A stretch of DNA of 46,773 nucleotides from Polyangiales bacterium (lineage in GTDB: Bacteria > Myxococcota_A > Polyangia > Polyangiales > Polyangiaceae). Below, in pieces: positions 19,704 to 29,504 of this stretch (position 1 is the stretch's first letter; every line of letters begins with the position of its first letter). Under the pieces are notes generated by a model. It worked only from the letters and a program-made list of their open reading frames with translations, had not been told where the DNA came from and made no database searches. A program made the translations under genes and the position numbers. The DNA lies in contig JBBRNJ010000068.1 of NCBI GenBank assembly GCA_038230375.1, forward strand, positions 1 to 46,773, in the 5' to 3' direction.

Positions 19704-20663
19704 TCAGGTCGCCTTCTTCAGCTCTGTGATGAGCTCCGGTACGGCGACGAAGAGGTCTGCCACCAGACCGTAGTCCGCGACCTGGAAGATGGGCGCGTCC
19801 GCGTCCTTGTTGATCGCGACGATGGTCTTCGAGCCCTTCATGCCGGCAAGGTGCTGGATGGCGCCCGAGATGCCGATGGCGAAGTAGAGACGGGGCGCCA
19901 CGACGCGACCCGTCTGACCGACCTGCAGCTCCGGCGGGGCATAGCCTGCGTCGCATGCAGCGCGGCTCGCGCCGACCGCAGCGCCGAGAAGTGCGGCGAG
20001 GGGATCGAGCACCTCCGCGAACTTCTCCTTCAGCGCACGGCCGCCGGACACGATCACCTTGGCCTCGCCCAGGTCGGGGCGCTCGGTCTTCGCGGTCTCC
20101 AGGCCGATGAACTCCACGCGGTCGGCCGCGGGATCCTTGGCCGCGAGCGCGACGTCCTCGGTGGGGCTCGCGCCGCCCGAGGGCTCGGCCGCGGCGAACT
20201 CGCTCTGACGAACGCTCACGACCTTGATGGCAGTGGTGAGCTCGCAGTTCGCGTACGCGTTGCCTGCGAACACGGGGCGACGGAAGACGAGCTTGTCGCC
20301 GTCCACCTTCACGCTGCTGATGTCGGGCACATACCCGGCACCGATCCTCGCGGCGACGCGCGGCGCGACATCCTTGCCGAAGGAGCTCGCGGTCACGACG
20401 ACCACGTCGAAGCCCTTCTTTGCGACGTCCGCGATGGTGGGCGCGAAGCGTTCGCAGACGGGGCCCACGAGATATGCGTCGTCGCAGACCAGGAGGTTTG
20501 CGGCTCCGAATGCGGCGACGTCGGCGGCTGCGCCCTTCGCGCCCTGGCCGATGACGAGAATGGAAAACGGTGCGCCCACGCTCCGGGCGAACGTGATGGC
20601 GGAGTGGGTGGACTTCTTGACCTTGCCCTCGGCGAGCTCGGCGATGATGAGGATGTTTGTCAT
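19704..20663 (-). CDS. etfA: Electron transfer flavoprotein alpha subunit
   Basis: Motifs [34 protein letters not shown] and AINKD.DAPIF. Confidence 0.96.
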   Translation of the reverse strand: MTNILIIAELAEGKVKKSTHSAITFARSVGAPFSILVIGQGAKGAAADVAAFGAANLLVCDDAYLVGPVCERFAPTIADVAKKGFDVVVVTASSFGKDVAPRVAARIGAGYVPDISSVKVDGDKLVFRRPVFAGNAYANCELTTAIKVVSVRQSEFAAAEPSGGASPTEDVALAAKDPAADRVEFIGLETAKTERPDLGEAKVIVSGGRALKEKFAEVLDPLAALLGAAVGASRAACDAGYAPPELQVGQTGRVVAPRLYFAIGISGAIQHLAGMKGSKTIVAINKDADAPIFQVADYGLVADLFVAVPELITELKKAT

Positions 20664-20685
20664 GGTGTTCTTCCTCTTGTCCTTC

Positions 20686-21510
20686 TCAGAGCGCCTTCGC
20701 TTCGTTCTTCAGCTTGTCCACGAGCTCGGCCACGGTCTTCACCTTGATGCCGGCCTTGCGCGAGGGCGGGAGCTCGAATCCCGTGTACTTGATCTTGGTG
20801 GCCGCGTCAGCGATGAGGTCGGCGAGCTTCACCTCGGTCATGGGCTTCTTCTTCGCCGCCATGATCGCCATGAGGGCCGCGAAGCGGACGCCGTCCGGAT
20901 AGGTGTGCGTGGCCGGCGTGTGGATCGACGTGACGCTCTTCGGCGCCACGATGCGGAGGTCCACGCTGACGACTGCGGGCAGCGTGAGCTTCAGGTTGAG
21001 TGCGCCGCCGTCGACCTCGCGGCTGACGATGAGCGCCTTGTCCGCGTCGCTCTTGATGCTCGCCGCGAACGTGGCCTGCGGCCAGCCCAGGTACTCCGCA
21101 AGGAGCTGCCCGACCTGGTTCGAGTCCCCGTCGACCGCCTGCTTGCCAAGGAGCACGAGATCCGGCTTCTCCTTGTCGACGAGCGCCTTGAGCGCGCGCG
21201 CCACGACGTCGCCGTCGAGCGCGTCGTCGAGTGCGTCGATGCGGATCGCCTTGTCCGCGCCCGTCGCGAGCGCGGCGCGAAGCGTGGTCTCTGCCTCCTT
21301 CGGGCCGAACGTGACAACGACGACCTCGCCCACGCGGGCCTTGGTGTTCGTGCCGTTCTCGGTGAGGCGGAGCGCCGCTTCGACCGCGTACTCGTCGAAC
21401 GGATTCGGCTTCCACTCGAGGCCGGAGGCGTCGAGCTTGCCGCCCGTCACCTTGACCTTGTTGGCGTTGTCCGGATCGCTGACGCGCTTGAGCGGAACGA
21501 GAATTTTCAC
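20686..21510 (-). CDS. etfB: Electron transfer flavoprotein beta subunit
   Basis: Motifs MKILVPLKRV.D, NPFDEYAVEAAL, GKQAVDGD.NQ and REVDGG. Confidence 0.96.
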   Translation of the reverse strand: MKILVPLKRVSDPDNANKVKVTGGKLDASGLEWKPNPFDEYAVEAALRLTENGTNTKARVGEVVVVTFGPKEAETTLRAALATGADKAIRIDALDDALDGDVVARALKALVDKEKPDLVLLGKQAVDGDSNQVGQLLAEYLGWPQATFAASIKSDADKALIVSREVDGGALNLKLTLPAVVSVDLRIVAPKSVTSIHTPATHTYPDGVRFAALMAIMAAKKKPMTEVKLADLIADAATKIKYTGFELPPSRKAGIKVKTVAELVDKLKNEAKAL

Positions 21511-21572
21511 GTGGACCTCGGAGTCGCCGCCCGAGCAGCGGCGCGTTCATGGAGCGTTCGTGGATGAATGCC

Positions 21573-21627
21573 AGTGAATGGCGATTCAGTTTGTAAGCAT
21601 TTAGGTGCCCCGCCTGCCGGATGTCAA
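21573..21627 (-). promoter_or_regulatory. Putative sigma70-type etfBA promoter with a palindromic operator
   Basis: Minus strand perfect TTGACA (21627-21622), then CTAAATG 17-18 nt later, then the palindrome AGTGAAT-GGCG-ATTCAGT (21573-21590). Confidence 0.55.
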
Positions 21628-21671
21628 CGGGGAGTGTCTTTTCTCCTGATCGGCACTAGATTCGAAGGAAC

Positions 21672-23279
21672 ATGTCGATTGTCTGCGATTTTCTCGTCAT
21701 CGGCAGCGGCATCGCCGGGCTCTCGTTCTCCCTCGAGGCGGCCGAGAAGGGCGAGGTGTGTCTCGTCACCAAGCGCGCGATCGAGGAGTCGAACACCCGC
21801 TACGCGCAGGGCGGCATCGCTGCGGTCCTGGCGGAGGGCGACTCCTTCGAGGCGCACATCAAAGACACGCTGATCGCCGGCGCGATGCTCTCGCACGAGC
21901 GCGTCGTCACGCTCTGCGTGACGGAGGGCCCCGAGCGGGTGCGCTGGCTCCAGGAGCAGGGCGCGCAGTTCGACAAGGCGCACGGCGAGCACGAGGGCAG
22001 CGACCTTGACCTGCACCTCGAAGGCGGACACTCCGCGCGCCGCATCGCTCACACGGCCGACATGACCGGCCGCGAGGTGGAGCGCGCGCTGGTCGCCGCT
22101 GTGCGCGCGCACAAGAATATCCGTGTGCTCGAGGAGCACATGGCGATCGATCTCATCACGCTCGCCAAGTACGGCGGCCCCGAGGTCTGCGCCGGCGCCT
22201 ACGTGCTGGACGTCTCCACCGCGAAGACCGAGACGGTGCTCGCGCGCGAGACGGTGCTCGCCACGGGCGGTGCGGGCAAGGTCTACCTGTATACGACCAA
22301 CCCGGACATCGCGACGGGCGACGGCATCGCCATGGCGTACCGCGCGGGCGCCGAGTGCGCGAACATGGAGTTCTACCAGTTCCACCCCACGGCGCTCTTC
22401 CACCCGCAGGCGAAGAACTTCCTGCTGACCGAGGCGCTGCGCGGGGAAGGGGCGGTCCTGCGTACCACGCGGGGTCACGCCTTCATGAAGGCCCACGATC
22501 CTCGCGCCGAGCTCGCGCCGCGCGACATCGTGGCCCGCGCCATCGACTACGAGATGAAGCGCACCGGCGCCGAGCACGTGCTGCTCGACATCACCGGCAA
22601 GCCGCCCGGCTTCGTACAGGAGCGGTTTCCGGGGATCTATGCAGAGTGCAAGCGTTGGGGTTTTGACCTTGCAAACGAGCCGATCCCCGTCGTCCCCGCG
22701 GCGCATTTCTGCTGCGGTGGCGTCTCGACGGATCTCGAAGGCCGCACCACGATCCCCGGCCTGTGGGCCATCGGCGAATGCGCACACACCGGGCTTCACG
22801 GCGCCAATCGCCTCGCATCGAACTCGCTCCTCGAAGGGCTGGTCTTCGGTCACCGCGCGGCGATCGCCATGAAGAGCGCAGACAGCCGCCAGATCCCCGA
22901 CGTCCCCGACTGGGATGCAGGCGAGGCCGGCACCAGCGACGAGGCGGTCGTCATCACGCAGAACTGGGACGAGCTCCGTCGCCTGATGTGGAACTACGTC
23001 GGCATCGTCCGCGGCAACAAGCGCCTGCGCCGCGCCGCCCGCCGGATCGCGCTCCTTCAGGAAGAGATCGCCGAGTACTACTGGAACTACTTCATCACCC
23101 GCGACCTCCTGGAGCTTCGCAACATCGCCACAGTCGCGGAGCTCATCGTCGGCTGCGCCAGTGCCCGGCGTGAGAGCCGCGGCCTGCATTACACGCTGGA
23201 TTATCCCGAGCTGGATCAGAAGCAGGCGCGCGACACGGTGGTGAAGCGTGGCGTCCCCGCATATCTGCGCGGGCGCTGA
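21672..23279 (+). CDS. nadB: L-aspartate oxidase
   Basis: Motifs IGSGIAG, SNTRYAQGGIA, EGGHSARRI.H, QFHPT, TEALRGEG, HGANRLASNSLLE and RESRGLHY. Confidence 0.96.
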   Translation: MSIVCDFLVIGSGIAGLSFSLEAAEKGEVCLVTKRAIEESNTRYAQGGIAAVLAEGDSFEAHIKDTLIAGAMLSHERVVTLCVTEGPERVRWLQEQGAQFDKAHGEHEGSDLDLHLEGGHSARRIAHTADMTGREVERALVAAVRAHKNIRVLEEHMAIDLITLAKYGGPEVCAGAYVLDVSTAKTETVLARETVLATGGAGKVYLYTTNPDIATGDGIAMAYRAGAECANMEFYQFHPTALFHPQAKNFLLTEALRGEGAVLRTTRGHAFMKAHDPRAELAPRDIVARAIDYEMKRTGAEHVLLDITGKPPGFVQERFPGIYAECKRWGFDLANEPIPVVPAAHFCCGGVSTDLEGRTTIPGLWAIGECAHTGLHGANRLASNSLLEGLVFGHRAAIAMKSADSRQIPDVPDWDAGEAGTSDEAVVITQNWDELRRLMWNYVGIVRGNKRLRRAARRIALLQEEIAEYYWNYFITRDLLELRNIATVAELIVGCASARRESRGLHYTLDYPELDQKQARDTVVKRGVPAYLRGR

Positions 23280-23350
23280 CGCGTGACGTTGCCGATGGAT
23301 CACGCGAGCGCTGACGCGCGCGCTCGCATGCCCTATGCTCCAGGACGCTG

Positions 23351-24184
23351 ATGGACGAAGAGGAAGACGCGCCCCGACCGTTTGGCGTGCTGGCGGCGTC
23401 GCTATGGTGCATCGTCTCGGCCATCGCGATGACCGTGGTCGTGGCGATCTTCGAGGGTCTGCGGCCTGGTGCTGCGTCGGACCTCGTGACCCTGACGCTC
23501 GCGCGCGTGGTCACCGTTGGCGCGATCGTGCTGGCGGTGTCGCGCATCCATGCGCCCGACCTCAGCTACGAGACGCTGCTGGGCGCCCAGCCGCCAAAGG
23601 GGGCGCACGTCGCGCTCGCACTGGCGCTGGGTCTTGCGCTCTGCGTGTGCCTCGGCTTTGTCGACGAGCGCCTCAACGCCGCGTTCCCGCAGACGGACGA
23701 GGCCGATCACGCGCTCACCCAGAAGCTGCTTGCTACACCATCCCATGGGCGTGCCGCGTTCCTGATCCTGTCGTTGATGTTCGTCCTGCCCCTATGCCAC
23801 GAGTTCCTGTTTCGAGGTCTCGTGTTCACCGGGCTCTCGCGCCTTGGAACCACCGGTGGCAAGCCCACCGACGCGGCGATCACGACGGTGCTCCTGGAGG
23901 TCCTCACCGTTGGCCTGTCCGGAGACGTGCGCGGGCTCGGCTCCACCATCGCCTTCGCCGTCGCGGCGACGTACGTGCGCTTCACGACCAAGAGCATGAT
24001 CCCGGCGGTCTTGCTCCACGTGACATACTACGCGAGCGTGCTCGCCGTCGTGTGGAAGCCCAGCTGGGCGGACCATGACATTCCGAAGATGTGGGCCGCC
24101 GGCGCCGCCGTGGTCGCGCTCGTGTGCATCGCGCTCCTCCGCAGCAGCAGCCGCGAGAAGCTCGTCGTCACCGCGTCGGACTGA
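23351..24184 (+). CDS. CPBP/Abi (type II CAAX protease-like) membrane protein with degenerate motifs
   Basis: Multiple TM segments. HEFLFRG in place of EExxFRG, and TKSMIPAVLLH in the S...H motif. Confidence 0.75.
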   Translation: MDEEEDAPRPFGVLAASLWCIVSAIAMTVVVAIFEGLRPGAASDLVTLTLARVVTVGAIVLAVSRIHAPDLSYETLLGAQPPKGAHVALALALGLALCVCLGFVDERLNAAFPQTDEADHALTQKLLATPSHGRAAFLILSLMFVLPLCHEFLFRGLVFTGLSRLGTTGGKPTDAAITTVLLEVLTVGLSGDVRGLGSTIAFAVAATYVRFTTKSMIPAVLLHVTYYASVLAVVWKPSWADHDIPKMWAAGAAVVALVCIALLRSSSREKLVVTASD

Positions 24185-24187
24185 AAT

Positions 24188-25165
24188 TCACCTCGCGAAG
24201 TGCAGGATCGCGCCGCCGGCGCCCACGTAGATCCCGGAGTCGTCGGCCGCGATCTTGTAGGGCTGCGGTAGGCCGGTCTGCAGCACGTCGACCTTGCCGT
24301 CCCTCGGATGTACCCGGAGGACACGCCCGCCGTTCACGTCCGTGACATAGGCGACGCCCTGCCAGAGCGCGATCGACCCGTATCCTGCGTCGTGCTCCAC
24401 ATGCTCGGCTCCGCCGGTCTGCGCGATCCAGTGAAGCGTGCGGTCCTGGCACGACCAGTACACGAACTCGGAGTCCGCTTGCAGGTCGGTGGGATAGAAG
24501 CAGACGCCAGAGAGCTGCGCCGGCGCGTCGCCATCGTGTGCATGCGTGCGTACGACGCCAGCACCGAAGGAGAACGCGAGCGGCCACGCGTATGCCGAGT
24601 AGTCGACCATGGAGAGCAGCTCCGCATCACCCGGGCCGATGTTCTTGATCTGCACGGGCGCCGCACCGCTGGTGGCGCTGAAGAGCACCGACCCACCGCC
24701 GCCATCGACCAGCCAGTACAGCGCGCCGTCCAGCAGCACGAAGTGACCGTGTGGTCCGCTCTTGGACACGACGGTCACCGCAGGGCCACCCGATAGTGCT
24801 GCGCGATCGATGGTCGCGGTGGACTCCGTGGACCAGTAAAGCTGGTCCGCGCTGGCGGCGATTCCAGGATGGGTGAGTCCATCGCGCAAGAAGTCCGTTC
24901 GCACGCCATCCGATTTGCGGGCGCAGCCAACGAGCGAGCGCGTCGCGCCCTTCGCGGAGAAGCTCGACCAGCAAACGTGCTCGGGCGCCGTGGTCAGAGC
25001 CATGACCTCACCTTCGGCATCGACGCGGTCCCACCCCACCGCCAGCGCGTTCGTCGCTGGGCCGCTCGCCGTTCCACCAGTCGATGCCTGGTCAGCGACC
25101 CCGCCTCCGCAAGCAGCGAAGAAAGAAGCGACGAGCGCGAGCGCCGGTGCGGAGCGTGTGTCCAT
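24188..25165 (-). CDS. Putative lipoprotein with a beta-propeller (DUF5050-like YW repeats)
   Basis: From the ATG at 25165: MDTRSAPALALVASFFAA-C lipobox. Blades end in QLYWS, ALYWL, FVYWS, VAYVTD and GIYVG. The track start at 25192 is probably too long. Confidence 0.65.
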   Translation of the reverse strand: MDTRSAPALALVASFFAACGGGVADQASTGGTASGPATNALAVGWDRVDAEGEVMALTTAPEHVCWSSFSAKGATRSLVGCARKSDGVRTDFLRDGLTHPGIAASADQLYWSTESTATIDRAALSGGPAVTVVSKSGPHGHFVLLDGALYWLVDGGGGSVLFSATSGAAPVQIKNIGPGDAELLSMVDYSAYAWPLAFSFGAGVVRTHAHDGDAPAQLSGVCFYPTDLQADSEFVYWSCQDRTLHWIAQTGGAEHVEHDAGYGSIALWQGVAYVTDVNGGRVLRVHPRDGKVDVLQTGLPQPYKIAADDSGIYVGAGGAILHFAR

Positions 25166-25282
25166 GACGCAAGGATGAGCGCGGCAGACCATTCACACAA
25201 TTCGTATGATCAAGCCATCAGTGTGTGGCAGCGCCATACGATGACATCCGGCCCATGGGAACACGCAGACGGGACGCGTGCG

Positions 25283-27403
25283 TCAGTTGTTGGCCAGGGG
25301 CTCTACGAGGGCGAAGCGGACGTTCGGCGAGAGGCGATAGCGTGTGCGGCCGTGCTCGCCGGCGTCGCGAACGCGCTCGATGGCGGCGGGATCGCCCAGC
25401 AGATCGCGCACGCGCGAGATGAGAACACGTACCCGGTGCTCGGCGTCCGCGGACTCGGGACCGGGGCCGCCGGCGGCCCGAAGGATCTCCTCGGCGGAGA
25501 GGCCTTCACGTGCGCGACGGAGCAGCTGCACGACAAGGGGCTCCAGCGCGCGTCGTCGCTCGAGCGACACCTCGCGGTCGAAGATGCGGAGGCAATGGGC
25601 AATGGTGTCAACGACGAGCGCCGCGCCTGCGGTGGCAGCGGCGAGCTCTGTCTGGCGCACGCGCGACACGCCCTGCAGCGTGGTGACGTAGATGAGCACC
25701 TCGCCGTCGCCGAAGTTGTCGGCAGCGGGATCCATGTCGTCCATGCTTCCCATGGGCGTGGGCACGACGCTCGGCATGGTGCTGCGGGGCGGAGGCAAGC
25801 TGGGCGGGGGAGCACCGCCGGTCACGAACGCGAGCATCTTCTCGGCGTAGCGAACCACGCGGCTGTCGCCTGACTTCAGCGCGAGCTCCCACAGCGTCGC
25901 GCTGGTCCCGCGCTCCGGGAAGACCCAGCCGTGCTTGTCCCCGGACAGCGCGACGCGCTCGATGGCGGCGCGCGCCGCGTCCTGATCATTCGTGGCAAGG
26001 GCAGAACGAGCGATCACCAGGTTCAGGCTGCCGGTCACGAACGCGTCCGGAAGAAGCGTGGCGTGCGGGAGCGCCGTCTTGAGCGCCTCATCGTGTTGGC
26101 CACACGACTCGTACGTGCGCGCGCGGGTGGCGACGAGATCCTGATCGTCGATCGCATCAGCGACGCCGATCTCCGCGCGGAATTTGTCGGCCTTCGCCAG
26201 CCACTGCTTCGCGGCTTGTGCGCGGCCGAGCATCGCGAGCACCCAGGTCCGGTGCCCGGCAAGCTGGTAGCGGAGCGTTGGTTGCTCGAGCTCGCCGAGC
26301 GCACCGAGCGCATTGTCCAGCGCCTCGAGCGCGGAGAGCGGACGGTCCGCTGCGATCTCGACGATCGCGAGCACGTCGAACGCGTCTGCGTGTCGCCAGC
26401 CGGACGCGATCTCCGCGGCGATCGCGCACGCGGTCTCCGCGTTCAGGCGCGCCTCGTCGAAGCGGCCCGTCGAGCCGTGAGCGATGGCAAGGTTACCCTG
26501 CGCGCGCAGCGCAGCCTGTCCTCGCGCCGGCGAGCGGGTGAGCGCATTCGCGTAGTGCTTGGCGGCGGCACGGGGATCCGCGAGCCGCATGGCCAGGTGA
26601 CCCAGGGTCATGGAGACGGGCACGCGCCACGCGCCATCCTCGAGCCGCTCCGAGACGTGCTCCGCGAGCCGCAGCGCAGCCGCTGCCGGAGCGACGCGAT
26701 GCTGGCGGAGCTCGAGCTGCGCGGTGGTCAGGTGCAGGTCGAGCTGCTCACGAAGGCCCGCGCCGCGCGGAGCGGAGGCCAGCGCACGGGAAGCGAGGCG
26801 CAGCTCCGCCTCCGCGTGATCGGCGCGACCGTCGATGGTCGCGAGCGCAGCACGCTCGATCGCGAGACGTCCCGCGTCGAGCGGATTCCACGCTGCCGGC
26901 GCGCTGGGAAGCGACGCTGCGAGCTCACGCGCACGATCAACGCGACCGACCTCACGATATCCACGGAGGAGGCGAACGCTGAGCGCCGGGTCGAGGCGGG
27001 GCCGCCCTGCAGAGAGCTGCTCGATCCACGACACGAGGAAAGCGGTCTCGTCCGCGGCGGAGAGCCGGTCGAGCAGCGTGGTGACCTGCGCGATGGACAC
27101 GCCCTCGGAGAGCGGCGGCAAGCTGAGGCGCGGCTCCGAGCCCATACCCGAGCCCATGCCTCCCATGCCGCCCATCCCAGAGATCGGCGGCATGGACGGC
27201 GGCGGCTGGCTGGGTCTGCCCGGAGGCACGGACGCAGGAGGGCCTGGCCGCACCGAAGGAGGCGGCATGCTTCCGCGCGTCGAGGGAGGGGGAGGCATCG
27301 ATGGCGGAGGAGGCGGAATGCTTCCGCCCCGCTGCGACGTCGGACCTTGACCCTGCCCCGGCGGGGGAGGAGGAGTGGAGGGGAGGAAGGCGCGCCGCGC
27401 CAT
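25283..27403 (-). CDS. Putative transcriptional regulator: Pro-rich SxPP N-terminus, TPR-like core, C-terminal OmpR-type winged helix
   Basis: C-terminus LVVQLL....GLSAEEIL.......HRVRVLISRVRDLLG....IE........RYRL fits trans_reg_C. The track start at 27583 overlaps the opposite gene, so ATG 27403 is preferred. Confidence 0.7.
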   Translation of the reverse strand: MARRAFLPSTPPPPPGQGQGPTSQRGGSIPPPPPSMPPPPSTRGSMPPPSVRPGPPASVPPGRPSQPPPSMPPISGMGGMGGMGSGMGSEPRLSLPPLSEGVSIAQVTTLLDRLSAADETAFLVSWIEQLSAGRPRLDPALSVRLLRGYREVGRVDRARELAASLPSAPAAWNPLDAGRLAIERAALATIDGRADHAEAELRLASRALASAPRGAGLREQLDLHLTTAQLELRQHRVAPAAAALRLAEHVSERLEDGAWRVPVSMTLGHLAMRLADPRAAAKHYANALTRSPARGQAALRAQGNLAIAHGSTGRFDEARLNAETACAIAAEIASGWRHADAFDVLAIVEIAADRPLSALEALDNALGALGELEQPTLRYQLAGHRTWVLAMLGRAQAAKQWLAKADKFRAEIGVADAIDDQDLVATRARTYESCGQHDEALKTALPHATLLPDAFVTGSLNLVIARSALATNDQDAARAAIERVALSGDKHGWVFPERGTSATLWELALKSGDSRVVRYAEKMLAFVTGGAPPPSLPPPRSTMPSVVPTPMGSMDDMDPAADNFGDGEVLIYVTTLQGVSRVRQTELAAATAGAALVVDTIAHCLRIFDREVSLERRRALEPLVVQLLRRAREGLSAEEILRAAGGPGPESADAEHRVRVLISRVRDLLGDPAAIERVRDAGEHGRTRYRLSPNVRFALVEPLANN

Positions 27404-27474
27404 GACCCCAGAATACCTCGACATCGCTCGTTTCGCACCAATTCGTCGCAAACTTTGGAGTAAGGTGCGCGCCG

Positions 27475-28485
27475 ATGCACCAGACGGGGTCCAGAGGCAC
27501 GTCGTCAGAGCCGGACCGCCTCCTGCGGGCGCTCGGGGACGACGACTCGCTCGTGTCGGGATTGGGCGTGGACGAAGGAACACGGCGAGCCCTGTTTTCA
27601 GCCATGGTACGGCTCCGATCGTTCGACGACGCGTGCGTCGCCCTGCAGCGCGAGGGCACGCTCCCGACCTTCTTCTCCTCCCGCCTCCAGGAGGGCGTCA
27701 TCTGTGGCGCCGCCCAGGCGCTGGCCGACGGTGACGCCGTGTTCCCGACCCCGCGCGAGTACGGTGTGAGCCTCCAGCGCGGTGTCGCCGCGGAAGATCT
27801 CGCCGCCCAGATACTCGGCAAGGCCAGTGGGCGCCAGGCTCCCTGCTACGTCTCGTTTCGCTCTGCGAAGGTCGCGTCTGTCAGCGGGATCATCGGCGCG
27901 CATCTTCCGCATGCCGTCGGCTATGCGTGGTCTGCGCGCGTCCGGAAGACCTCCCACGTGGTGCTCGCGTTCCTTGGCGATGGCGCTACCAGCTCGGGTG
28001 AGTTCCACAGCGCGCTCAACTTCGGTGGCGTCATGAAGGCGCCGGTGCTCTTCCTCTGCCGCAACAACGGCGTCGCGATCAGCACACCGGTCGCGCGGCA
28101 GACGGCGTCCGAGACGCTCGCGGAGAAGGCGCACGCCTATGGCATCCCCGGCCTCCTCGTTGACGGTACCGACGCCATCGCAGTCTACAACGCCGTGCGC
28201 ACCTGGGCGGACGCGGCCCGCCACGGCGGCGGCGCCATGCTGATCGAAGCGCGCACCGATCTCCTGCCCGATCGCGATCCGATCGCGCGGCTCGAGCGTC
28301 ACCTGATGAAGGACAACCTCCTCTCCGAGGACGCCGCCCGCACGATCGATGCAGAGGCGCGCGCGGAGGCGCTCGCGGCCGTCAACGTGGCCAAGGGTCG
28401 CGCTGCGCCCAGCAGGGAGACGCTGTTCGACGACGTATTCGCGGTCGTTCCCCGGCACCTCGTTTCCCAGAGAGACCACGCATGA
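27475..28485 (+). CDS. 2-oxoacid dehydrogenase E1 alpha subunit (BkdA/PdhA-like), divergent
   Basis: ThDP motif GDGATS.G.F...LNF....APV.F.C.NN..AIS is present and there is an ATGA overlap with E1-beta. The active-site loop is missing (see findings). Confidence 0.88.
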   Translation: MHQTGSRGTSSEPDRLLRALGDDDSLVSGLGVDEGTRRALFSAMVRLRSFDDACVALQREGTLPTFFSSRLQEGVICGAAQALADGDAVFPTPREYGVSLQRGVAAEDLAAQILGKASGRQAPCYVSFRSAKVASVSGIIGAHLPHAVGYAWSARVRKTSHVVLAFLGDGATSSGEFHSALNFGGVMKAPVLFLCRNNGVAISTPVARQTASETLAEKAHAYGIPGLLVDGTDAIAVYNAVRTWADAARHGGGAMLIEARTDLLPDRDPIARLERHLMKDNLLSEDAARTIDAEARAEALAAVNVAKGRAAPSRETLFDDVFAVVPRHLVSQRDHA

Positions 28486-29480
28486 GCGAGATGAACATGG
28501 TCCAGGCGATCAACGACGCGCTCCGCCTGGAGATGCGCCGTGACGATCGCGTTGTCGTCCTTGGTGAGGACGTCGGCAAGGTCGGCGGTGTGTTCCGCGT
28601 CACGGCCGGCCTGCACGAGGAGTTCGGCGAGGACCGCGTCCTTGACACGCCGCTGTCCGAGGGCGGCATCATCGGCACCGCGATCGGCATGGCCCTCTAC
28701 GGCCTCGTCCCCGTCCCGGAGATCCAGTTCGCGGACTTCATCTTTCCCGGGTACGACCAGATCGTCAGCGAGCTTGCAAAATACAGGTATCGCAGCGGCG
28801 GCGAGTACTCCGCAAAGCTCGTCATCCGCACGCCTGTCGGCGGCGGCATCCGCGGCGGCCTCTATCATTCGCAGTCGCCAGAGGCGCTCTTCATCCACGT
28901 CGCTGGTCTCAAGGTGGTGTGCCCGGCAACCCCGTACGACGCGAAGGGCCTCTTGCTCGCTTCCATCCGCGACCCCGATCCCGTCCTCTTCTTCGAACCG
29001 AAGCGCGTCTACCGCGCCGCCAAGGGCGAGGTCCCCGAGGGTGACTACACGGTCGAGATCGGCAAGGCGCGGATCGCGCGCGAGGCCGTTCCGTCGGGTC
29101 GCAAGGACGACCGCATGGTCACGGTGATCGCGTGGGGCGCCATGCTCTACGAGGCGATCGCCGCCGCCGAAGAGGTGAAGAAGAAGGGCATCGAGTGCGA
29201 GATCATCGATCTCCGCACGCTCTGGCCGCTCGACATCGACACCATCGTGGCCAGCGTCGAGAAGACCGGCCGCGTCGTGGTGGTGCACGAGGCGCCGCGC
29301 ACGTGCGGCTTCGGCGCGGAGCTCGTGTCACTCATCACGGAGCGCGCGTTCCTTCACCTCGAGGCCCCGCCCGAGCGCGTGACCGGGTTCGACACGCCGT
29401 TCCCGTACACGCTGGAGATGGAGTATCTCCCGCTCGCCCACCGCATCGTTCCGGCCCTGGAAAAGGTCGCCGGCTTCTGA
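28482..29480 (+). CDS. 2-oxoacid dehydrogenase E1 beta subunit (branched-chain/pyruvate type)
   Basis: Motifs GEDVG..GGVFR.T.GL, DTPLSE, EIQFADF, HSQS.E, FFEPK and DLRTL.PLD. Confidence 0.95.
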   Translation: MSEMNMVQAINDALRLEMRRDDRVVVLGEDVGKVGGVFRVTAGLHEEFGEDRVLDTPLSEGGIIGTAIGMALYGLVPVPEIQFADFIFPGYDQIVSELAKYRYRSGGEYSAKLVIRTPVGGGIRGGLYHSQSPEALFIHVAGLKVVCPATPYDAKGLLLASIRDPDPVLFFEPKRVYRAAKGEVPEGDYTVEIGKARIAREAVPSGRKDDRMVTVIAWGAMLYEAIAAAEEVKKKGIECEIIDLRTLWPLDIDTIVASVEKTGRVVVVHEAPRTCGFGAELVSLITERAFLHLEAPPERVTGFDTPFPYTLEMEYLPLAHRIVPALEKVAGF

Positions 29481-29504
29481 CCCTGGCTCCGAAAGAGGAT
29501 GTAG

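Noticed and set aside
23280..23330. Two small hairpins after nadB as a structured RNA or REP element
   Set aside because: Short GC-only stems with no U tract and no second copy found in the window.
27404..27583. N-terminal extension of the regulator overlapping E1-alpha head-to-head
   Set aside because: ATG 27403 has a -10-like element and removes the overlap; the extension looks like shadow sequence.
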